Shown here: piece by piece, positions 27,964-38,063 of the stretch | How positions within the stretch are numbered: the stretch's first letter is position 1 | Layout of the letters: each line of letters opens with the position of its first letter | NCBI GenBank assembly: GCA_964187785.1 | Contig: OZ076412.1 | Coordinates: 33,916,001 to 33,980,000 of the forward strand | Origin: Amphiscolops sp. MND2022 | Taxonomy: Eukaryota | Length of the DNA stretch: 64,000 nt | Direction of reading: 5' to 3' | Translations under genes and position numbers: made by a program | Notes under the pieces: model-generated | Databases searched by the model: none | Seen by the model: the letters and a program-made list of their open reading frames with translations, nothing else | What the model was told of the DNA's origin: nothing

Positions 27964-28145
27964 TTGAAAATGCGGGAGCCAGAGAACAACTTTATGAGAA
28001 AAGAGTGGCAGAATAAAAACTTCATAAATTCGACGTTTCGTCAACTTCTGTTGACATTATCAAGAAAATTTCTTGATAATGTCAACAGAAGTTGACGAAA
28101 CGTCGAATTTATGAAGTTTTTATTCTGCCACTCTTTTCTCATAAA
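27964..28145 (-). mobile_element. Penelope-like element remnant: 155-bp perfect palindrome plus 27-nt unpaired tail, 11-12-bp TSD
   Basis: 77-bp arms at 27991-28067 and 28069-28145 surround a single A. The tail TTGAAAATGCGGGAGCCAGAGAACAAC is at 27964-27990. (A)CTTGTGATAAA is duplicated on both sides, and the empty site CAACACTTGTGATAAAAGCG is at ~41711 and ~43455. An inverted repeat with a short tail and a hammerhead-like motif is the known layout of truncated Penelope-like insertions. Confidence 0.72.
28069..28110 (+). ncRNA. Minimal type I hammerhead-ribozyme-like motif (mirrored on the minus strand at 28026-28067; also in copies 2 and 3)
   Basis: UUUC-UUGAUAA-U-GUCAAC(AGAA)GUUGAC-GAAAC-GUC-GAAUUU. 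The core UUGANAA is the U3:A8 covariant of CUGANGA. It has a 6-bp stem II, a GAAA box, a self-complementary ACGU minimal stem III, a GUC cleavage triplet ending at 28104, and a short stem I. Activity is not shown. Confidence 0.55.
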
Positions 28146-28527
28146 CTTGTGATAAAAGCGTTTTTCGAGACCGCAGTGATGAAAATTTATTAAGAGCCAC
28201 CCTGAGCTTTTTAATGAGGCTCCGAGGTTTTTGAGTTTCGAGCGGAGCGCCGATAATGGACATTTCTGTCTTCTTTGTCCGTATTCCCATATAGGAAAGG
28301 GAAATTATCTACATTTTTCACCACTTTCCCTTGCATATTCAAGTTTTCAACCCAAGTGATGAAAGTTCTTCCACAGATATCAACTGTCATAATTTTGGTT
28401 CGTGGTGTATGTAACTGTAGATATATCCGAACGTTTTGTAGAACAAGTATTCTGAGCGTTTTTGATTGTTGAGAATTAGAACATCCACGAAAATCTAGAA
28501 GAGGAAACCGAAGATTTTAATGGAAAG

Positions 28528-29446
28528 TGTAACGGCTGCTTGCCCTTATCCTGCGCTGAGGCTTGACAAGCTTTACGCCGCCCTGATCCGTTGCTTAGTG
28601 CTGTGGACCGTCACTAAACAATTCCTGGTTTCTTGTTTCAAAGGACTGTATCTTTTGACTGGTGGGTCCGATGTGACCCGTGGAATCTCCTGCGATTCCT
28701 CTTTGCACTGAATTGGATCCGATGTGATCCTGCACACACTTCCCTCACTGTATCTTCACGCGCTCCGGCTCTCCAACTATGAGAGTAGCTACTTAGTCGC
28801 TCTAACTCTAGCGAAAAGTTGTGAAGATTGAGAAGTTGATTAATTAGTCTTGCGGTCCTGAGACCCAACTTGACTATAGCTATTCAGTGGAGAAAATCTC
28901 TATCTAATAATAGTATACATATCGTTTACAATTCTACAGTAAATATAAGCAAATATCAGTTAAAATATGTTGTATAAATAAATGACATTTAAGTGAATTA
29001 TTAAAGTTATTGGCTATGTAAACAAAGCACATGGTGGTTTTGGCATGTTGGTTAGGTGGGTTAGAAAGTATGTTTACACTATGTAAACATTATCAATTCA
29101 ACAGAGTTACATTCTAATGTGGTCATATAGGTAAATAACAAAGTTTACATTTTTGGTTCAATGACCTTGAATACTACACATGTGAGGGGTAAAGGGGGTT
29201 ATAATGGGGGAATGAACTTGAAACTTAGCCGGTGTGTTCGTGTTAGGTATCTGCGTATGTGTGCCAAGTTTCAAGTCTCTACGGTTATTAGTTGCAGAGA
29301 AAACCCTGACTGGGGGGGTTTTTCGATTTTATGACGATTGACTTTTCTTCAAATTTTCATCTAAGTTTTTTGGAGTTTAAGTTCTCGTATCTCAACCAAC
29401 ATGTTCTGAATCGAGTTTCTCTGCCTTCTGATGACTGGCGCCAACA
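28528..29446 (-). repeat. 3' LTR (919 bp)
   Basis: Direct repeat of 33631-34553, preceded on the minus strand by the purine-rich tract. Confidence 0.95.
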
Positions 29447-29922
29447 TTGCCGGCCCTGTTTTTCTCCCGAAAAACACTTTCGTAGAACATGGGTGCCAGT
29501 TTCACTACTGGTCTTTTGAGTTTGTCATCGATTGTCGTTGTCGTTTTGAGATCTCCAGGTTCATTGTCATGTTTGACGGTTAATTGCCCTGTTCTTTCTC
29601 TGCTGCAACAAAATCCCAAACCATATTCCTGTTCGCTGACCATAAGGTAGTTTTCGGCAAGTTCACATAACACATCCAAATATTTCCAAAAACAGTTTTG
29701 CTCATTTGAAGTCGTGGTTTTCCCAATTATTACAAACTTCATCGTCAACGTCTGACATTCTTCGTGTTCAATCAATTGCTTTCTTTTAGAACCTTTAAAA
29801 GGTATGATACAACCATGCTTCATTTCATTTGTCTTAGCTCCCATCGACATCCAAAGAATATGTTCCCAGAATAAGTCGAGAACATCTCCAGCCAGTTTCC
29901 CAATATCTGCTTTGCTTCGCAA
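29392..29922 (-). pseudogene. Remnant of the BEL/Pao pol C-terminus (post-integrase, DUF5641-like end)
   Basis: ..FWKYL..KTTTTIDDKLKRPVVKLAPMFYESVFREKNRAGNV. The frame overlaps the end of the 976-aa ORF and stops inside the 3' LTR. Confidence 0.65.
29447..29468 (-). promoter_or_regulatory. Polypurine tract
   Basis: GGGAGAAAAACAGGGCCGGCAA directly abuts the TGT start of the 3' LTR on the minus strand. Confidence 0.7.
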
Positions 29923-32750
29923 TTCATCATCAAAATTGACTGACCGCGGAGGAGATATGTCAAACTGATTTCATTCTCTAATATTTTCATAATCTTGATC
30001 TGGATCTGCAGTTCTTGAAATGTACTTGAATCAACAATTATCATAATCAGTAGATAAAGAGAATTTCCAACATTACGACAGTTGAAGTTCTCCCGTTTGT
30101 TTTCGGTGTTCTTTGTGCATCTAAAGAAAAATTTGCGTTCGGAACTCAGTTGCTGCCCTTCATTTTGCTTCTTCCCTTCTGACACGTCGTATTCCGTGTC
30201 TACATCCATGTTTTCTTCCAATAACTGCAATGCTTTGGAGTTTCGCTTTCGCTTGTGTTTGTAGAACGTCACCCAGCTTCTCTCACCACAAAACTCCAAC
30301 ATCTTAGCGTCTGGGTTTCTACGAGGCTCCACTAGATCATAGGAAACTTCCGATTTTCCAAAAGTCCCATTCTGAGTCCACATTGTCTTGAATGGTGCAG
30401 CCGGCCCTTTGCAAGACCCACCGCTCCAACTTTCTGTTGTTGGTACTTCCAATGAACACATTTGCGTTCTTGTCACTGATGATTTGTCTATCAGATCAAA
30501 CCAAACTGTGTCCTTTTGTATTCCATTCTCGTTCAACTGAGTTCTTTCCGTCATTCCATGAATCAGGTTTGAGAGGGGTTCAATTTTCCAAGCTCTTTTC
30601 TTCGGTCGCTTGCGGTGACCTTTGCTCAATTGAGTTTCAACAATCCCGTTAGCCTGTGCCACCGCGTCCATCCCAGAGTTTCCATTACCAATCCGAGGGT
30701 TCCACTCATTGTTATTACTCGGGATAGTTTCTTCTACAAGGCTTATTTTGAAGTCAAAATCAAATTTCTTTCCAAAGGTTGCAATCATGGTACCTGTTTC
30801 ACCTTTGGCATTGCATTCAACGGGTTCGTCATGTTTTGCTGCAACATGGCATAGCTTTCGATACATTGCTTCTTCATTACAATCATCAAGCAGTGCAAAT
30901 TGTTGCTCATGCACAAATCCATAACTTTTGTCGAATTCAAAACATTTGTTTCCTTCTTCAAGAAGTAGAGTACTGTCATGAAACATCGTCACTTCAAATA
31001 TTTTCCCTTGCTGTACATCCTGTTGAACGGTGAAAACTTCTGCACTCTCTTGCAGCAGTTCATGTTGGACACTCGATTCTCCCAAAGTTTGCTTGCTAGA
31101 TGCGAATGATAAGAATCTATGCTCCTTCCTAGTTTCCGTCATTGTGTGATTCAAGTTCTCCTTTGTTTGACTTATCGAATGCTCACTCATGCCCAAGTGA
31201 ATGTCTTCTTCCAAAACCTGTTTGGTATCCACGAGGAGGGTTTCTGAACGGACGTCTTGCCGACCGTTGTCTACAATGAATGTTTCTGACAATTTCTGTA
31301 TACATTCCGTTGTGATGAGCTGCGAGGTTCCTTGGTTTGCAAGTTTCACGTCTGGTTGTGATATTGCTTCTTTTCTGCACGTTCCGTCATCAGCTTGCTC
31401 ATCGGCTTCTGTCGGAGGTTTTGAGTCTCTCCTAAGCGCGGAGAACTTTCCTTTGTGAACTAATTTCACTGCATTCTCTGATTTCACATGAACTGATAGT
31501 GCAATATTGGACTTAGCTCCGTCTTCGACTGTTTCTGTCTCAGCCATGCATCTTGAGTCTTCCGTGAAACTGTCGGCTGATGAGACACTTGGGAAGCTAG
31601 TCCCCTGACTGCTCGACACTTCCGCTATTTCTCTTTCTTTTTCAGCTATTCTAGCTTTGCGGGCAAGCTCTTCATGCAAGTCTGCTATTTCTCTTTCAAT
31701 TGCTTCGCGCTTCAGTTTCTTCAGTCGAGTTTGTAGTTCTTCTTGCTCCTTCTGAGCTTTTGCTTTCGAATAAAATACTCGTCTAGCACTTGAAGTTTTC
31801 GAAATCACTGAGCTTCTGTTGCTTCTTATTTCAGCCAGTTGTGGATGTTTGCCCAGTTCCTCTATTTGTAATGATTCAAGCTCACTTCTTTGGACTGGGA
31901 ATTCATCCGACTTCTGATCCTCCGCTTTCATCAATGTTTGGAGAACCGAACGCTCTTCATTAGACTCCTTCGAGCTAACTGTTGCTCTGTTGTCCATCTG
32001 GATTTGTCGATCTGTTTTGTCAGACACCTTAACCTTTTCTTCGGGTAGTGATGTCTCATCGTTGACTGGGTTTTCCATTTCAGATACGCTGTCTCCCTTG
32101 ACACAGCAAGGTTCTTGTTCATTGGTCCTTCTTGACCGCGTCAGTGATTCCTTTTCACTAGCAGTTTTCTTTAAACAGCTTTGTTTTGCCTGATGGACAC
32201 GACTTTGCCTCAATTTTCTTGTTCGAGGGCATCTCATAGCAGCGTCTGTAGACGTTCTATTTGCCACCTGGCTCTGTTTCAACGCGGGTGTCCCGTCAAT
32301 TGGACACTTTAAGATTTGCTTCACATCGGGGAACCAGTATCCCCAACTCAATTCCAGTTTCACAAAGCATTCTTCCCATTCAGTCACACTTCGACTTAGC
32401 TGTCTTTGCGTTTCTTCATTTGTAAGACCCAACATAAAGTCTACACAAAACAGTAACGCTTGTCTTCTGTCGCGGTATTCAATTACCCAATCAATCAAGT
32501 TGCTTCTGGATACAACAGCTTCTTTCTCATCGAGCTTGTCATCCAAGTCTTTTACTAACGTATGGAGCTTTTCCACATGTAGGGGTACAATATTCCAATA
32601 GAGGCTCCACGCGTACCAATCTGACGCATTCACCAAATCTTTTGTTGTGAGTTCCATCAGTGTTTGACTCTGCTTTGTGTTTCTTTCTTCAAACACTTTT
32701 GTCATTCGAGGGTGCTTCATCATTTGACTTTCCTTCTTTCTGGCATTCAT
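29820..32750 (-). CDS. 976-aa ORF of the LTR element; Gag-like N-terminal/coiled-coil region plus eroded pol remnants
   Basis: Uninterrupted 2.9-kb frame in the element's sense orientation. The Ser-rich, E/K/R-rich coiled-coil segment (SNRSSVISKTSSARR..KAKAQKEQEELQTRLKKLKREAIEREIADLHEELARKARIAEKEREIAE) resembles BEL/Pao Gag N-termini. Faint pol-like pieces are present (GPAAPFKTMWTQNG; KALQLLEE). No CCHC knuckle, protease DSG, RT YxDD or integrase HHCC motif was seen. Confidence 0.7.
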   Translation of the reverse strand: MNARKKESQMMKHPRMTKVFEERNTKQSQTLMELTTKDLVNASDWYAWSLYWNIVPLHVEKLHTLVKDLDDKLDEKEAVVSRSNLIDWVIEYRDRRQALLFCVDFMLGLTNEETQRQLSRSVTEWEECFVKLELSWGYWFPDVKQILKCPIDGTPALKQSQVANRTSTDAAMRCPRTRKLRQSRVHQAKQSCLKKTASEKESLTRSRRTNEQEPCCVKGDSVSEMENPVNDETSLPEEKVKVSDKTDRQIQMDNRATVSSKESNEERSVLQTLMKAEDQKSDEFPVQRSELESLQIEELGKHPQLAEIRSNRSSVISKTSSARRVFYSKAKAQKEQEELQTRLKKLKREAIEREIADLHEELARKARIAEKEREIAEVSSSQGTSFPSVSSADSFTEDSRCMAETETVEDGAKSNIALSVHVKSENAVKLVHKGKFSALRRDSKPPTEADEQADDGTCRKEAISQPDVKLANQGTSQLITTECIQKLSETFIVDNGRQDVRSETLLVDTKQVLEEDIHLGMSEHSISQTKENLNHTMTETRKEHRFLSFASSKQTLGESSVQHELLQESAEVFTVQQDVQQGKIFEVTMFHDSTLLLEEGNKCFEFDKSYGFVHEQQFALLDDCNEEAMYRKLCHVAAKHDEPVECNAKGETGTMIATFGKKFDFDFKISLVEETIPSNNNEWNPRIGNGNSGMDAVAQANGIVETQLSKGHRKRPKKRAWKIEPLSNLIHGMTERTQLNENGIQKDTVWFDLIDKSSVTRTQMCSLEVPTTESWSGGSCKGPAAPFKTMWTQNGTFGKSEVSYDLVEPRRNPDAKMLEFCGERSWVTFYKHKRKRNSKALQLLEENMDVDTEYDVSEGKKQNEGQQLSSERKFFFRCTKNTENKRENFNCRNVGNSLYLLIMIIVDSSTFQELQIQIKIMKILENEISLTYLLRGQSILMMNCEAKQILGNWLEMFSTYSGNIFFGCRWELRQMK

Positions 32751-33120
32751 TTGTTCAGATGACTCTTTTGTTTCACTGGGGGCTTTCGATCTTCACAATT
32801 TTTTCTTGTACTCTTTGTCACTTTTCCCAACTCTGCAATTTCTCAGATACAAAGCGTCAACTGCTCAATCCGGTAATCAATCGTCAATTCTTGAAGAATC
32901 AACCCAATACTGTAGATTATACTTGCCTTCTTTGACAAACTTGATTGTCTCGGTGGATCTTGTCCCTCTGACTTGATCCCTTTTCTTTACTTGGTGGATT
33001 TACTTGCAATGACGTCTCAGACCAAATCTTTGCTTCAATCAGGAGCACGTGTCCAAAGAATACAATTCGTCTCAAAACTAGAATAGATGCACAAATACTT
33101 TCAGAGTGTCGCTAAGCCCA

Positions 33121-33450
33121 ACTCCCAGAGTACACAATAGTCCCAACTCCAGAGTCACTATAGCCCAAACACCCAGAGTCACAATAGCCCAAGCTCCCAG
33201 AGTCACAATAGCCCAAGCTCCCAGAGTCACAATTGCACAAGCTCCCAGAGTCACAATTGTCAGCACTCCCAGAGTCACAATAGCACAATCGCCCATACAC
33301 ACATTGGCACAATCGCCTGATACACAGCTGCACAATCGCCAAATACACAGTGGCACAATCGCCCAATTACACAGTGGCACAATCGCCTGATTACACAGTG
33401 GCACAATCGCCTGATACACAGTGGCACAATCGCTTGATACACAGTGGTCC
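33121..33450. repeat. Two abutting ~23-24-bp minisatellites in the 5' leader of the LTR element
   Basis: About 7 copies of CCCAGAGTCACAATAGCCCAAGCT-like units, then about 6-7 copies of TACACAGTGGCACAATCGCCTGA-like units. Both share a CACAAT core. Confidence 0.9.
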
Positions 33451-33535
33451 AAGCTCTCAGAGCTAGACACTTGCTCTTCTAGGGCAATCTTCTTCAGTTG
33501 TCCACCAACGAGTCGTCTTCGTCCTCGTCTTCTTC

Positions 33536-33630
33536 TTGTCCGGGTCGTCCACCAACGAGTTGTCCGGGTCGTCCACCAACGAGTTGTCCGGGTCGGCGGT
33601 CCAACGAGTTGTCCGGGTCGGCGGACCAAA
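33536..33630 (-). repeat. Four tandem PBS-containing units (22-25 bp)
   Basis: On the plus strand: TTGTCCGGGTCGTCCACCAACGAG twice (33536-33583), TTGTCCGGGTCGGCGGTCCAACGAG (33584-33608), and TTGTCCGGGTCGGCGGACCAAA (33609-33630). Confidence 0.92.
33612..33628 (-). promoter_or_regulatory. Primer-binding site, tRNA-Tyr-like
   Basis: TGGTCCGCCGACCCGGA starts 2 nt after the 5' LTR. It resembles the complement of animal tRNA-Tyr 3' ends (TGGTCCTTCGAGCCGGA type). The cognate tRNA was not checked. Confidence 0.75.
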
Positions 33631-34553
33631 TGTAACGGCTGCTTGCCCTTATCCTGCGCTGAGGCTTGACAAGCTTTACGCCGCCCTGATCCGTTGCTTA
33701 GTGCTGTGGACCGTCACTAAACAATTCCTGGTTTCTTGTTTCAAAGGACTGTATCTTTTGACTGGTGGGTCCGATGTGACCCGTGGAATCTCCTGCGATT
33801 CCTCTTTGCACTGAATTGGATCCGATGTGATCCTGCACACACTTCCCTCACTGTATCTTCACGCGCTCCGGCTCTCCAACTATGAGAGTAGCTACTTAGT
33901 CGCTCTAACTCTAGCGAAAAGTTGTGAAGATTGAGAAGTTGATTAATTAGTCTTGCGGTCCTGAGACCCAACTTGACTATAGCTATTCAGTGGAGAAAAT
34001 CTCTATCTAATAATAGTATACATATCGTTTACAATTCTACAGTAAATATAAGCAAATATCAGTTAAAATATGTTGTATAAATAAATGACATTTAAGTGAA
34101 TTATTAAAGTTATTGGCTATGTAAACAAAGCACATGGTGGTTTTGGCATGTTGGTTAGGTGGGTTAGAAAGTATGTTTACACTATGTAAACATTATCAAT
34201 TCAACAGAGTTACATTCTAATGTGGTCATATAGGTAAATAACAAAGTTTACATTTTTGGTTCAATGACCTTGAATACTACACATGTGAGGGGTAAAGGGG
34301 GTTATAATGGGGGAATGAACTTGAAACTTAGCCGGTGTGTTCGTGTTAGGTATCTGCGTATGTGTGCCAAGTTTCAAGTCTCTACGGTTATTAGTTGCAG
34401 AGAAAACCCTGACTGGGGGGGGGGGTTTTTCGATTTTATGACGATTGACTTTTCTTCAAATTTTCATCTAAGTTTTTTGGAGTTTAAGTTCTCGTATCTC
34501 AACCAACATGTTCTGAATCGAGTTTCTCTGCCTTCTGATGACTGGCGCCAACA
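33631..34553 (-). repeat. 5' LTR (923 bp)
   Basis: On the minus strand it begins TGTTGGCG and ends CCGTTACA, followed by the PBS. It matches the other LTR except for a G11 vs G7 run, which accounts for the 4-bp length difference. Confidence 0.95.
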
Positions 34554-35936
34554 GAAAGACTTTAACGTGACACCGAAACTATCGAAACTTCCAACCTTTT
34601 CCAATTTTTTCCAGAAAGTTTTTGATAGGTGTGAAAAATTTTCTCCATGTCCAACGACGAAATATTCAGCTATGTATGACACTTATAACTTCTGACTATT
34701 TTCCAACTCTCTAGAAGAAATCTGACGTTTTTGTTCAAAATTTGATCCAGATGCCCCTGAATGTTTTTTTTCCAAAATTCGACCGGGTAGGTTGTATTTG
34801 TTCAGTTTTTGAACGTTTGGAGTGTGTGAACATGCACAGAGTTCAAAGAAAAAACCTTTTATCAGCAATTTTTTGGATAGAGAAGTCCGAAGTTTGTGTT
34901 CCAAAAGAACTCAAAAGCTCATATAGAAAATTACCAATAATCCACGGTCTTCAGCGACGATAAGCAATTTCTTTGCAGTAATTGGATGTTCTGGTCTGTA
35001 GTGGCATCCACACATTTTGAAGACAAACCTGGCATAATTTTTAGTTGAGACAATTAGTTGATAATCCGTTTTTCACCTAAAAAAGCTTCGGAAGGCTGAA
35101 GGTTCAATCGCTGAAAAATATATATCCCTCAATCCAGTGACTAAAAGGAATGATTTTTTTGTTGAAGTCACCGGTGTCTTATACTTCTGTTGATTGTTTT
35201 TTTCTCAGACGGATTTTGCGCTAACCATGCCAACCACCTTGATAACTGTTTTTTTGTCTTGTTTGATCTAAGATGTTTAGTAATCCCTTCAAACACCTGA
35301 TTGACCGTAAAATCTTTCATTGATAAGCCGTGAAATGATTGTCAGAAATGTCTAGACACCAAAATTACCGCTAATAAATACTTTTAATGCGTCTTTAAGT
35401 GCTTTGTTCGATACCCGTCATCTTGTATATGCGGATAGTTTGAGTTTGCAGTCTGTTTTAGTCATTATGAAAACCTCAATGTTTCCGAACTGGAACCTAG
35501 TATGAGGGTATTTGCGGAATTGAAGTGTGCCGAACTCGGTAGTTCTAAAATATTGTCTTGGTTTTCGAATGCTGCTATTTGTTCAGATGTTGTTTTCTAA
35601 AAATCGTTAAGACTTTATCTGTAGATTAATTCCTACATATCTCGAATGATTAATGCATTGCCCCCAAGACTAATTGTATTTCTTTCTACTTTAGTGTTCT
35701 TCCACTTCTGCGTCTAATTTAATTCTGATCAGCAACGCCACAGACATACATATCGTTTATTTCGATTAAGTTACTGTTTTGTAGATATTAGATAATGACA
35801 GTTTCGTTATGTATTCGGTGCATTCTACGAGGAAATGGCCCGACTATTACATTCGCTAATTTCCCCCCGTGAAACCACGGAATGTATGCGAATAGCGCTT
35901 CATCAACAATAGAAATTTTCCAACACTTGTGATAAA

Positions 35937-36118
35937 TTGAAAATGCGGGAGCCAGAGAACAACTTTATGAGAAAAGAGTGGCAGAATAAAAACTTCATAA
36001 ATTCGACGTTTCGTCAACTTCTGTTGACATTATCAAGAAAATTTCTTGATAATGTCAACAGAAGTTGACGAAACGTCGAATTTATGAAGTTTTTATTCTG
36101 CCACTCTTTTCTCACAAA
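35937..36118 (-). mobile_element. Copy 2 of the Penelope-like palindrome insertion
   Basis: Same sequence and TSD as 27964-28145, with one substitution in the right arm (CTCACAAA vs CTCATAAA). Confidence 0.72.
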
Positions 36119-37881
36119 CTTGTGATAAAAGCGTTTTTCGAGACCGCAGTGATGAAAATTTATTAAGAGCCACCCTGAGCTTTTTAATGAGGCTCCGAGG
36201 TTTTTGAGTTTCGAGCGGAGCGCTGATAATGGACATTTCTGTCTTCTTTGTCCGTATTCCCATATAGGAAAGGGAAATTATCTACATTTTTCACCACTTT
36301 CCCTTGCATATTCAAGTTTTCAACCCAAGTGATGAAAGTTCTTCCACAGATATCAACTGTCATAATTTTGGTTCGTGGTGTATGTAACTGTAGATATATC
36401 CGAACGTTTTGTAGAACAAGTATTCTGAGCGTTTTTGATTGTTGAGAATTAGAACATCCACGAAAATCTAGAAGAGGAAACCGAAGATTTTAATGGAAAG
36501 ACTTTAACGTGACACCGAAACTATCGAAACTTCCAACCTTTTCCAATTTTTTCCAGAAAGTTTTTGATAGGTGTGAAAAATTTTCTCCATGTCCAACGAC
36601 GAAATATTCAGCTATGTATGACACTTATAACTTCTGACTATTTTCCAACTCTCTAGGAGAAATCTGACGTTTTTGTTCAAAATTTGATCCAGATGCCCCT
36701 GAATGTTTTTTTTTTCCAAAATTCGACCGGGTAGGTTGTATTTGTTCAGTTTTTGAACGTTTGGAGTGTGTGAACATGCACAGAGTTCAAAGAAAAAACC
36801 TTTTATCAGCAATTTTTTGGATAGAGAAGTCCGAAGTTTGTGTTCCAAAAGAACTCAAAAGCTCATATAGAAAATTACCAATAATCCACGGTCTTCAGCG
36901 ACGATAAGCAATTTCTTTGCAGTAATTGGATGTTCTGGTCTGTAGTGGCATCCACACATTTTGAAGACAAACCTGGCATAATTTTTAGTTGAGACAATTA
37001 GTTGATAATCCGTTTTTCACCTAAAAAAGCTTCGGAATGCTGAAGGTTCAATCGCTGAAAAATATATATCCCTCAATCCAGTGACTAAAAGGAATGATTT
37101 TTTTTGTTGAAGTCACCGGTGTCTTATACTTCTGTTGATTGTTTTTTTCTCAGACGGATTTTGCGCTAACCATGCCAAGCACCTTGATAACTGTTTTTTT
37201 GTCTTGTTTGATCTAAGATGTTTAGTAATCCCTTCAAACACCTGATTGACCGTAAAATCTTTCATTGATAAGCCGTGAAATGATTGTCAGAAATGTCTAG
37301 ACACCAAAATTACCGCTAATATATACTTTTAATGCGTCTTTAAGTGCTTTGTTCGATACCCGTCATCTTGTATATGCGGATAGTTTGAGTTTGCAGTCTG
37401 TTTTAGTCATTATGAAAACCTCAATGTTTCCGAACTGGAACCTAGTATGAGGGTATTTGCGGAATTGAAGTGTGCCGAACTCGGTAGTTCTAAAATATTG
37501 TCTTGGTTTTCGAATGCTGCTATTTGTTCAGATGTTGTTTTCTAAAAATCGTTAAGACTTTATCTGTAGATTAATTCCTACATATCTCGAATGATTAATG
37601 CATTGCCCCCAAGACTAATTGTATTTCTTTCTACTTTAGTGTTCTTCCACTTCTGCGTCTAATTTAATTCTGATCAGCAACGCCACAGACATACATATCG
37701 TTTATTTCGATTAAGTTACTGTTTTGTAGATATTAGATAATGACAGTTTCGTTATGTATTCGGTGCATTCTACGAGGAAATGGCCCGACTATTACATTCG
37801 CTAATTTCCCCCCGTGAAACCACGGAATGTATGCGAATAGCGCTTCATCAACAATAGAAATTTTCCAACACTTGTGATAAA

Positions 37882-38063
37882 TTGAAAATGCGGGAGCCAG
37901 AGAACAACTTTATGAGAAAAGAGTGGCAGAATAAAAACTTCATAAATTCGACGTTTCGTCAACTTCTGTTGACATTATCAAGAAAATTTCTTGATAATGT
38001 CAACAGAAGTTGACGAAACGTCGAATTTATGAAGTTTTTATTCTGCCACTCTTTTCTCACAAA
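37882..38063 (-). mobile_element. Copy 3 of the Penelope-like palindrome insertion
   Basis: 1945 bp downstream of copy 2 and shares the CTCACAAA variant. Confidence 0.72.

Larger units (their letters stand above)
28528..34553 (-). mobile_element. BEL/Pao-derived LTR retrotransposon, 6,026 bp, apparently non-autonomous, recently inserted
   Basis: Direct repeats TGT...ACA at 28528-29446 and 33631-34553. The 5-bp TSD GAAAG is at 28523-28527 and 34554-34558, and the empty site AATGGAAAGACTTTAAC is at ~36492 and ~38437. PBS and PPT lie on the minus strand. The C-terminal peptide KLKRPVVKLAPMF..FREKNRAGNV running into the 3' LTR is typical of BEL/Pao pol ends. Confidence 0.9.

Noticed and set aside
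27991..28145. Palindrome as a sequencing fold-back artefact or a transcription terminator
   Set aside because: It is present three times with a TSD, a copy-specific substitution and matching empty sites. It is far too long for a terminator and the DNA is not prokaryotic.
33612..33628. tRNA gene
   Set aside because: Only a 17-nt tRNA 3'-end-like sequence including CCA is present, at the PBS position. There is no cloverleaf.
33078..33669. Repetitive ORFs (183, 94, 84 and 82 aa) as proteins
   Set aside because: They are translations of the 24-bp minisatellites and PBS repeats in the LTR element leader, open in several frames on both strands.
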